Assembly: GCF_963506605.1 (NCBI RefSeq)
Contig: NC_083277.1
Location: forward strand, 93,248,001-93,312,000
Reading direction: 5' to 3'
Origin: Zootoca vivipara
Taxonomy: Eukaryota
DNA length: 64,000 nucleotides
Shown: piece after piece, positions 43,901 to 55,424 of the stretch
Layout: each line of letters begins with the position of its first letter
How positions within the stretch are numbered: the stretch's first letter is position 1
The notes under the pieces: generated by a model
The model's database searches: none
The model's input: the letters and a program-made list of their open reading frames with translations, nothing else
What the model was told of the DNA's origin: nothing
Program-made: the position numbers and the translations under genes

Positions 43901-46900
43901 AAGCCAAATTCCAAAACACCTTGGAAATTGGACACATCCAAGCCATGTGGGTCATGTCAGAAGAAACCAACTTCTCTGAGTCAGTTTTGCATTTTGTGCC
44001 CCAATAGTTTCTGTTGGCTGGACTAAAAATGTGCCTCAAATAACAGAATCCATAAGGAATCCTTTTGAATTCTCGCCCCCCCCCCCCCCAAAAAGTTGTT
44101 TTTGGTTTTCAGCACTTAAAACTGCTCTCCTGGATCAGTTTTATTGCAGCATCTTTACTATGACACTGGCTGCAGTAAAATAATACCCAAATAATAGAAA
44201 TTCATTTGAAATGTTTGTGATTTTCTTTTGTCCCAGGCAGTGGTGGTGGTGGTGGGGAACTGTGCCAGGGCTGAGTGGGACTGGAAGTGAGACGTGGCTG
44301 AAATTTGGGAACGGTGCTTAATACTATGTAGGCGACACAGTATCCCAGAAGGACTGTGTTGAAGGTCTGCATCTGTATTTATTTCATTTTTTAGTGGTGG
44401 GTGTTGAAAATGGGGCAGTGAGACAGGTTTAGTGCTTGAGAAACTAGCAACAGGCCAGCTGCATAGAACTCTCGGGAAAGCCAACAACATTTTACAGTTT
44501 ACCTCAAATCACCCAGATTAGATTGTGCTACAATGGTGCCACTATAGCAGAGAGTTTATACCCAAGTGAGCCGTATACCCAAGGGAACACCATATCTGCT
44601 ATTGCTGGGTGCCTAGTAAGGGGTAAAGGTAAGATCTAAACCAGGCATCCCCAAACTGCGGCCCTCCAGATGGTTTGGCCTACAACTCCCATGATCCCTA
44701 GCTAACAGGACCAGTGGTCAGGGAAGATGGAAATTGTAGCCCAAAACATGTGGAGGGCCGAAGTTTGGGGATGCCGGATCTAAACCACTGACTCTGAGCC
44801 TCTTGATCTTGCTGATCAGAAGGTTGGTGGTTCGAATCCCCACTACGGTGTGAGCTCCCGCTGCTCTGCCCCAGCTCCTGCCAACCTAGCAGTTTGAAAG
44901 CACGCCAGTGCAAGTAGATAGGTAGGTACCACTGCGGCGAGAAAGTAAATGGCGTTTCCCTGCACCTTGGTTTCCATCACGGTGTTCCGTTGAGCCAGAA
45001 GTGGTTTAGTCATGCTGGCCACATGACCCAGAAAGTTGTCTGTGGACAAACGCCAGCTCCCTCGGCCTGAAAGCGAGATGTGCGCCACAACCTCATAGTC
45101 GCCTTGGACTGGACTTAACCATCCAGGGGCCCTATACCTTTCCCTTAAGGGGCAATTTGGACCAGGGTGTGGAATCTCAGGTTCTGCTTGCCGGCTTCCC
45201 ATGGGCAGCTGGTTGCCTGTTGTGATAACGGGACACTGGATTTATTTACTTTTCTACTTGCTTAGTACCAAATCTGTGCATGGCCCTTTACAGAGAAAAA
45301 GTTTGACAGGCCTATCCCCGATGGGGCTTACGAGCTAAGGCTAGATTGCCATGACCTATGAGGAGAAACCTTGGTCATGTTTCATGTGATAGATACCCTG
45401 CTTAAGAGACATATAGACAACTGTCACCCTTTTAAAATTAGCTATATTTCTATTCTTCCTGAATAGAAAGCTTTCACATTCCTAAATGTGCAGAGATTTG
45501 GCTGAACAAGGGTATCACTCTCAAACTACTGGAGCTCTGTGATGCTCTTTAAAAAAAAAAATCCCAACAACAACTTGCCCACCAACATAGATTGATTCCA
45601 GCCATGTAAACGTGACAAGTTACTAGTCCACAAGCATGCTTCACAGCCTACCTTTCCCACAGATACTTGTGGCATATTGATGGCTTTATTTGATTAAAAA
45701 TAGCAGTTTCTCTTTTCAGTTCACAGAAACTGGAGACCATTTTTACTTGCCATAGGTGGCTGTGTACAAGTTTGGTCAAATAAAAGAATTCCTTGACCAC
45801 CTTTGCATTTCTTAGTGGTGCTGGAATGCCACCAAATCTTAGACCATAAACCTCATTGTTGTGTCTGCTGTGAGGCAGATCACAGCCAGATTCAGTTCAC
45901 TATACAGTCATACCTCGGTTTAAGTACACCTCGGTTATAGTACTTTCAGTTTAAGTAGTCCGCGGACCCGTCTGGAACGGATTAATCCACTTTCCATTAT
46001 TTTCAGTGGGAAAGTTCGCTTCAGTTTATGAACGCTTCAGGTTAAGTACGGACTTACAGAACCAATTACACTCATACTTCGGGTTAAGTATGCTTCAGGT
46101 TAAGTACAGACTTCCGGAACCAAGTGTGTACTTAAACTGTATCTGCATTGGTGTGTTTTGCTTGTTTTTTTTAAGAACTGGGCACCCGTTTATGTCTGCC
46201 AAGGGCTGGAATCTCGGTTATGAGAGAAAGGTTGAGACAATTAGGAAGGCTTGAAAAGTGTGCTTTGGGCAGCTCCTGTTGCCAGTCTTCTCCAGGAGCA
46301 TTTGGGTACCTGTTTCTGTCACTCCTAATTCCATTGTGCCCATGTAGATTCCCAGAGTCACTGCTCCTAGCTAGGGGTGAACCCGGTTAGGATGCCACAG
46401 AGCGCTTAATCGGTGGCTCTCTCCTGTCCCCGTTGCCTTTAGCCTTGCGGAGTGTACATTTCCTGCAGACTTCAGCCAGGATGTGAAGCCTGAGACCTAG
46501 TCCCAGGCTGTGTGGAACACCCTCACCTGTGTTTCCCCTTTTCTCTTCCTCGACAGCAGTTTCTTCCTCCATCTTCATCGTGGCCATTTTGGTGCTGCTG
46601 CTGCTTTTGTACCACCGGGACCCTCTGTGCTGCCAGTTCCTGTGCTCTTGCCGTTTCTTCCAGAGCCCCAGTCAGTATGTGAGTATCTCCACCTCCTTCT
46701 TCCCTGCTGTTTCAATAGGCCTCTCTGAACAACCCGCCTTGCATCCAAATGCACCCACCTACCTGCCCGCCCACCACATTTCTTTCTGCTCCAGCTGGGA
46801 TGGAAGGAACCAAGGCACCCGCCCAGCTCAGCCTTCCGTAGGGCCCCTTTACACGTTTGTACAGAATGGCCTCGGGGTTTAGGCATTATGATGATGATTA

Positions 46901-47224
46901 TTATAATAATTTGTTGCTTACTCCTGGCTGGAGAGCAGCTCAAGGCCTATTTGCAGTTCTCTCCTGCTGCGTTATAGTGTTTGCTCACCAAGACACTCCC
47001 TGGCTCCCCGCTTCCTTCCCACTCTCGTCCACCAACAAAGGCCTTTCACCTGAGCGTGTCGCCAATTGGCAGCTTTTGAGCATGGCTTGTGCTGTCAGGG
47101 GGCACGTTATTGAATTTTGAGAGCACGAGAAGGCAGTACCAGGAGTGACGCAGGTCGCCAGGGCGATGGTGATCTCCCCCTGCGCCTAAGAGAACTGCAC
47201 TCCTCCTTAACTCTCTGGCACACT

Positions 47225-47284
<60 letters not shown>

Positions 47285-50200
47285 GGCAACGCTGGAGCAC
47301 AGCAGGGAGTGCTACTGTAAGGCACGGGTAAAATACAGACAATGCCGCTCTTGGTTGCTGGTATCCTGGCAACCAGCATTATACTTTGCACAGCTCACGA
47401 TTGGAGACAGCCAGAGAGAGAGNNNNNNNNNNNNNNNNNNNNNNNNNNNNNNNNNNNNNNNNNNNNNNNNNNNNNNNNNNNNNNNNNNNNNNNNNNNNNN
47501 NNNNNNNNNNNNNNNNNNNNNNNNNNNNNNNNNNNNNNNNNNNNNNNNNNCTCTCTCTTATGCGCACACACACACACAAGCTTTTTTGATGACTGCTTTT
47601 TGAGGAGCACCTGTGGCATTTCTCTCCCCACCCCACCGTGCATTAGACAAAGGCCAAAACTTGGGCACCCTTTTAATACTTCCCCCCTTGCAGGTTCAAC
47701 CTATCTAGTCCAGCACCCTGTTTCTCACCACGACCAGCCAGAGAGAGGCCTCTTGAGAAGCCCCCAAGCAGAGCATGAGAGCAACAGCCCTCTGTCCCCC
47801 CAAACATGTTCCTTAGCAACTGGTATTCAGAGCTTCCCTTCAGCAAGGAACAAATCCCTTTATTGCTTTACATGATTTGTACTCCCGCATATTCACATCT
47901 GAAATGGCTCATGGTTAAAAAGTGCAGTTTGGCCACCAGAAGCAGTGAAGATGGCTCACTTAACTCTCCTGGAAAGGAGCCATCAGGGGTGACTTTCAGG
48001 TAATTCCTGGCAGATAGCAGGAATTCCTTTACGGCAGGGGTCTCCAAACTAAGGCCCGGGGGCCGGATGCGGCCCAATCGCCTTCTAAATCCGGCCTGCG
48101 GACGGTCCAGGAATCACCATGTTTTTACATGAGTAGAATGTGTCCTTTTATTTAAAATGCATCTCTGGGTTATTTGTGGGGCCTGCCTGGTGTTTTTACA
48201 TGAGTAGAATGTGTCCTTTTATTTAAAATGCATCTCTGGATTACTTGGGCATAGAATTTTTTTCATATATTTTTTTTCAAAATATGGTTCCCCCCCCCCC
48301 CCCCGGCTGAAAAAGTTTGCTGACCCCTGCTTTACGGGATGGATATTGGTGTAGATATAGCCACGTGGCAAAAGCAAGAGAAATCCCACGATGCTTGTAG
48401 TCCAAAACCCAACATTGATTGGAGCATTGCACCAAAGTAGCAAAGACTGAGGATTGCTTTGAAGTAACAGAAATGTGCCATGTCCCTAATGCAGCCAAGA
48501 GGGCTGTGACAAGGCTTTTGTGTATCACGTTCATGTTCAGGGACAATTGAAATGCTTCCCTAATAAAAGCTCTTGTTTCGGGGTCCAGGCATACCTACCA
48601 AGTTCCTGTGGGAGAAATAAGGGACCGGACCGGACGTAGCAGACCGGACGTAGCGCTGCCGCCATTTTGGAACTGGGCGGAGCATGCTCAGAAGCGACTT
48701 TTGATGCTGCTTTGCCCAGTTCCAAAATGGTCGCCGTGCCAGAAGTCGCATTGCAGCCATTTTGGAACTGGGCAGAGCTGCATCAAAAGTCGCTTCTGAG
48801 CATGCTCCGCCCAGTTCCAAAATGGCCTCCGCGCCAGAATAAACCGGGGAAAACAAAAAAATCCGTTTTTTCAGCTGAGAACAGCTAGAAAAACGGGTGT
48901 TTCCCGGGGAATATGGGAGACTTGGCAGCTATGGGTCCAGGTGAAGGAGGGTTGTCGCATCATGAAATCAGGCCAGAACTTAGGAACACTCAACTCAAGT
49001 CATGTCAAGACGACATGTTTGATGGGTGTGTGGCCGCTCCTGATTTTTGCTGGAGGAATTGTAGCTTTCCAGTTGCGGTATCCCCTCCTGTTGGGTACTT
49101 TCATTTTGTTTTCTCGAGACTGCCACGCCACTACCCTTGTGGGCTTGTGGCACAGGAGGACACCGTTTTGAGTTGATGGAGCGCAGGTGCAAGAGCCTCT
49201 TTAAAGTTTGCGTGTGTGTGGGAAAGTGATCATTTCTGGCCTCCAGCCATGCAGCCTCCACTATCTCAGATTACCGTGTATAGCATGCATGCATGCGGAT
49301 TATCATACGGTGGCAACCTACTGTCAAAACACTGCCCTGCCCAGTTCGCCGCCCTACCCAGTGTGGTGTTGTCGTTAAGAGCGATAGATTCATAATCTGG
49401 GGAACCGGGTTCGCATCTCCGCTCCTCCACATGCAGCTGCTGGGTGACCTTGGGCTAGTCACACTTCTTTGAAGCCTTTAGAAGGCATCTCAAGGCAGCC
49501 CTGTTTAGGGAAGCTTTTAATGTTCAATTGATTTCTGTATTTTGATATTTTGTTGGAAGCCGCCCAGAGTGGCTGGGGGAACCCGTCCAGATGGGCGGGG
49601 TATAAATAATAAATTATTATTATTATTTATTATCTCAGCCTCACTCACCTCACAGAGTGTTTGTTGTGGTGGAGGAAGGGAAAGGAAAATGTTAGCCGCT
49701 TTGAGACTCTTTAGGGTAGTGAGAAAGTGGGATATCAAATCGAAACTCTTCTTCTTCTTCTCTTCTACCACAAAGCCTTCTGCAAGTGTGTCGGTGGTCC
49801 CATGCAAGCAATGCACCCTTGGGTCTGTGAGTGGCAGCGAAGGGATTGCCTAAGTGCTGTGCAGCAGCGCATGTGGATCTGCTGGGGAGAGCTCAGGGCC
49901 ATGTGCCAGATTGGCAAGCCCTACCGAGGCAACACCCGAGCCTTGTTTGCTTGCGGCTCACCTTTCGGATCCCAGGTTTGGATTTCAGAGAGCTTTGGGA
50001 GCCGGTGCTACGTTTTGCTTGCTCCACCTGTGGAGGCTTAGCGTGAACAATGGACGTAGTTTCTCAGAGGCTCCGATGCAAGAAACCAGAAGGGAAGGGA
50101 GAAGAAGGTGAAATGCAAAACGGAGGCTTTGACTCTTGGAGACTCACATCCCGCTTTCCACAAGAATATGATACGTTGCACTGGCCGACACGTATAAATT

Positions 50201-53200
50201 GCAGTTTGCTGACCCATCACATCCCGCTTTCCTTGCCCAAAGATGTTAATTTTCCCCAGAGGAAAGGGGTTACATCTGGAGGCAGTCTGGGCTCATTTAA
50301 GTGCTACACCAAACATTTGCAAATCATTGAATTTCCCCTAGGCTCTCAATAAGGCCAATATTGCTGTAGTATAATCACTCCTTTGAAGTGAGCCCATGGT
50401 GTTGTGTGATTCCATTCAACCTGTTCCTTCTCTCTTTGGGTATCTCTGCTCCCTTCTTGCTGTTACCTGTGATGGATCTCTTCGTGGCTCTGCCTTCTGT
50501 GCCCTTTTGCAGGTGTTTGCTTAGTAGCAACTCTCTTGAGTCCAAAGGTAGAGGGAGCAATGTTAAGGAAGTAATAAGAGATATTATTTGACAGTGAAGT
50601 TAAGCAGAGAAGAATATGTTTATATAACCTATAAATAAGATTGGAAACAAAATGTAGAAAGTACTAAAGATGATATACATTATAACGCAGTTGGGAAGTA
50701 CTGGAGGAAGTCAACAATGTAAGAACATATGATAGATAATTAGAGTCTTTTTCTTTTTTCTCTCCCCCCCTCTTTTTTATTGTTGTTGTTTTGGTTTTCT
50801 ATACTCTTTTTTGTATGCTTGTATTGTACAGTGGTACCTCTACTTAGAATGGGACCCAGGTGGCGCTGTGGTTAAACCACTGAGCCTAGGGCTTGCTGAC
50901 CAGAAGGTCGGCGGTTCGAATCCCTGTGACGGGGTGAGCTCGCGTTGCTTGGTCCCAGCTCCTGCCAACCTAGCAGTTCGAAAGCACATCAAAATGCAAG
51001 TAGATAAATAGGAACCGCTACAGCGGGAAGGTAAACGGCGTTTCCATGTGCTGCTCTGGTTTGCCAGAAGCGGCTTTGTCATGCTGGCCACATGACCTGG
51101 AAGCTGTACGCCGGCTCCCTCGGCCAGTAATGCGAGATGAGCGCGCAACCCCAGAGTCGGTCACGACTGGACCTAATGGTCAGGGGTACCTTTACCTTTA
51201 CCTCTACTTATGAATTTAATGCGTTTCGAACGCACATTCGTAAGTCAAAAAAATTTGTAAGTCGAATCCCATTGGAATGCATTGGGAGAAAAAATTCGTA
51301 AGTCGAAGCGACCCTATCTAAAAATTCGTAAGTAGAAAAAATCCTATCTAAACCGCATCCAAGATGGCGGACGGAGCTCCATTCGTAAGTAGAAACATTC
51401 ATAAGTAGAGTTATTCGTAAGTAGAGGTACAACACTGTATTCATTTTCAGGTTTGTGTTTTTGGTGTTTTTTTCCTTTTTGTATTTTTAAGCTTATAAAA
51501 TAAAAATATTCCATAAAAAAACAAAGAAAAACAAAGGTAGAGGGAGCAAGAGCTGAGATTGTACACTGTACTGCAAAGTCCTTCAGCTGCGCACGCCGGG
51601 TGTTGCTGGACCATACAACTCCCATGGTCCCCCATTGGCTAAGCTGGCTGGGGCTGATGGGAAACTGTAGTCTTAACAACACCTTTGAAGAGCACTGCCG
51701 TATCCCCTTCCTGTGAGAGGAGGACTTCCTCTTGTTCTCAAAACACTCCTCTCTAGGAGAAGCAGTGTGTAGAGCTCAGGCATAGAGTGGGAAGTCTGGG
51801 AAAGACCAGCGCTAGGAATTTCTGTAGATGATTCACTCTTATCTACAACCAAGTGGCTTTTATCAGGGCTTCAGGCCTAATGTCAGAATCCCATATACCA
51901 CAGGCTGGGGTGCTTTACTGCCGCCACCTAGGTGAATCATTATGTACACAGACAACATCCTATGCGAGTGGGAAGGATGTTTCAGCTGCTGCAGTTAAAT
52001 ATCCCAAATAACCACGCATCAAAACAAACAAACAGACACTGTGCTGGATTACATATCTGAGGCTAGCAGCAGACAGGAGGTAGATTGGGATCTGCTGGGG
52101 TAGTTTGCAGTCTGTTGACAATGGTTTCCGACGCTCAAATATTTACAGGCAGCAACAACGAAAAAGGCTTGCCTACTGCCACTCGCTTTCCCTTTAAAAT
52201 TAGGCTGAGGAAACAAAGGAAAAGCTTGGGAGGAAATGAAAGGTTTTTGTGTTTGTGAAGGGGACAGCAAGTTCAGTTCCTGCCCTGAAAACAAGTTGGC
52301 TGTGCCTCACTCAGGTGCACGGTGTTCTTTTAAGTTTCTTCCCCCATCAGCCACAACTTTGCACTTGGGGTTTTTTCCTCAGGTTTCTAGTAAAGAAGAT
52401 GGTAGATCCCTCAAGCCAGGAGCTCCTCCCTCATTCCTTCCTGAGAGGATGGAAGCCACCTCTGGTGTCCTCTGGCTGGTTGCCCAGTCATAACTTTCTG
52501 TTGTTCTCGGAGGTCTCTTCACGGACTAGGATTGATATGATTTTGCCGTATACCAAAAGTGGGTTTAGCTAGGAAAGTGTAGCTTGCCGGAAAGCTCTTG
52601 GCTCCAGAAAACTGTGCCCTGAAGAGTGATTCAACGACAGCAGGCTGTCGGAGAAAAAAACAGCTTGTGAGCGATTGTTTTCGGAGATGAAACTTTTCAG
52701 TCAGCGCTCTTGTCACATGAACACGAAGAGGCTTCGGCTAATTGAGATTTGCAGGCATTCCGCTTCTACGAAACACGTGAGGTTCGGAAAGGCACCTCAG
52801 AAAGATTTTTAAAATAAAAAATTAAATAAACACTGGTCTCTGGACAGCGTGGTTTGATGTAAAGGCCCTTCTGCTGCCCTGACTCCTAGGAGGACGCACG
52901 GCCATCTTGTTTATGCCCCCGAGCCAGTGATTTACCTTGAGGCACAAGCTTTGGCCTACGAGTGAGGAGCCTGTGAGCCTCCAGGTGTTGTTCCTTTCGA
53001 TCTGCTCAACAGAACACATTGCCAGCTTGCTGAACGCGCACCCTGGAGTTGCCCGAGAGGAAAGCTCGGCTTGCATTTTAATTTTCCTTCCTTTCTTTCA
53101 CTCCTCGTAGGATTGCCCCCCTCCCTACTTCAGCAACAACCAGCGTCTGGTGGGACCACCGTCGGGGACGCCGCATCTGGAAAGCGCAGCTGAAAACCCT

Positions 53201-55393
53201 GCTGTCCAGGTGAGGGGGAGACTTTCCTTCCTGAAGTTTGGGCGAATCACCTGTAAAGAGGAGCGTGACCTGCGCAGGAGAAGGGGGCTTGCTTCAGGAG
53301 GCCAGCCAAACACCAGGGTGGGAGCTGGAACCGCTGATGATGGATCCCCGGGGGTTTTTCCCTTCTAGGCAAGAGGTTGGGTCAATGAAGAGGTGGAAGC
53401 AGGGAGAAAAGGCACCAGATCCATGGGCCTGGTGGTTGTGGAAACCACTGGGCAAGGGGCACGAGGCTTCCGCAGGCCCAGCATTTTCACAGTGTGGCTT
53501 TTATGGCTTTGCACGCAGGCGAATAACACATTTCGACACCCAAAGAAGGAAGCATGGAGGGTATTGTGCCATATGCAAGAACTGGCATCGGTTTGCTTTC
53601 ATCCGAAGGCCACTTCTTCTCCCATTATAGGCGAGCAGCGGATTTTGTCGTCAAGCCAATTCCTAGAACGTAAAGTGGGAAGGCAACAACGGACGAGCCC
53701 CCGAGCTGGGTGTATCATCCGGGTGCATTTGTTAATGGTGTCCCTCTGTGCGTCTAGGGAGATGAGCTGTTCTGTGTCGGACCCCCCAGCAGCTACCAGC
53801 TCCCACCGTGGGAGCAGCCGCGGCTGCCGAGCTACGAGAGCGTGCGGAAGAAGGATCGCCAGCGGGAGATCCACCAGATGATTGCCGAAAGGTTCGGCTT
53901 GTGGGCGGAGATCTCACCAGAGGTAAGCAATCTTCAGCAAATAAATAAATAAAAATAAAACAACACCCAATAACCCTCCACCCTACCACTATCTTAGGGT
54001 ATAGAATATTCTGCTGGCAGGTCTCTAATTATAGAACTTGCCCAGAGGTTCCTCCTCCTCCTCCTTGTGATACCTTGAGACCGGCTCTATCTTTCCAATG
54101 GCTTTTTTATCTTGGAAGGAACACAGTGTTCCAGGAGGCTCCAGCACTAAGCCACTTGTTTACATTCCTTCTGGCTAATGATTCATCCTCTATCTTTTGG
54201 AAAGAAGTGCTTCTGTCTTCCACAAGGAGCCAAAACAGACACGGTGGCAGCCAGGGATAAAGCCTCTTAAGACAGTGCAAAGTGCCTTGCCATGCATGCC
54301 CCTGGCACTGTAGGAGCTGTTTTGTTGCTGCCTGCCAGGGTCAGAGGAGGGTTCTCACACCAGAGGGCCCTCTGCCCAGGATCCCCTTTGGGCTGGAGCT
54401 AGGAATGTAGGAAACCGTGGGCCCAGAGACCCCAATGTGGTCCTCCAAACTTCTGACTGGCCTCCAGGACTCTGCCCAGGCCATGCAGGTCCTTGCTTTG
54501 CACCTTTTTGAGTGTTTTTGCCTGGGTGGAATGTGTCCTTCAACTCTGATAATGCCTCTTTCTTGCCTGGATGGAGGATAGACAGGTGCGCAGAAACTTG
54601 CCTACTGTACAAGAGCAAGATTTAACATCTACTGCTCTGCCCCTTTTTGCCTCTGGCTTCATCTGCCGCTCCTGCCATGTGGCCCTTGGAAGATGGCCCA
54701 GAAAGAAATGATACCTTTGGGTGTAAAAAGGTTCACTGCGTCTCTGCTGTAGCCAGGCAGTGATTCCCCCCCCCCCAAGAGACTTGAAGCTGGCATAATG
54801 GAGGAAGCATCAGTGCTTGTACACACATCCTTTTTTTCCTCTCCACTCGCACGTTTTGTGTGTATAGTGCTTCCAAAGTCTGCAGAACTCATTTGACCAT
54901 AGATTTTTATAGTGTACATGCCCCTCCCCTCTCCATTTCTGTCCTCCCAAGGTAGGATAGGCTGAGACACTGTGACTGGCCCAGGGTCACCCCGTGAGTT
55001 TCACGGCTGAGTGGGGATTTGAACCTGGGTTTCCCAGGTCCCAGGACAGCACTCTGACCAATATACCACGCTGGCTCTCTAGATGAGGATGGGACAAATG
55101 AAACCAATGCTTACAACACAGGAAACCTCTATGAAAAACAAGGCCAGTTCTTTTTTAACAAAAAAACAAAAAACCCACCTACTTCCACAGCTTAAAACAT
55201 TCTGAAGCCCATTTCAAACAGGTTTAAATTTACAGTGAATAGGGTAGTTTGAAAAGGCAAAAAATAAAAAATAATTGCTTGTTGGATGCTGGTGTTCCAC
55301 TCAAATGGCAGCTATACTTGGTGTGTGTGAATTAGCACTGGCTCCTCTAAGGATGAATAACAGTAATAATAGTAAATAATAGTAATAATAATA

Positions 55394-55424
<31 letters not shown>

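Noticed and set aside
54355-54375. CTCF-like motif acaccagagggccctc (and a similar one near 32048)
   Set aside because: Partial matches are frequent by chance and there is no supporting evidence.
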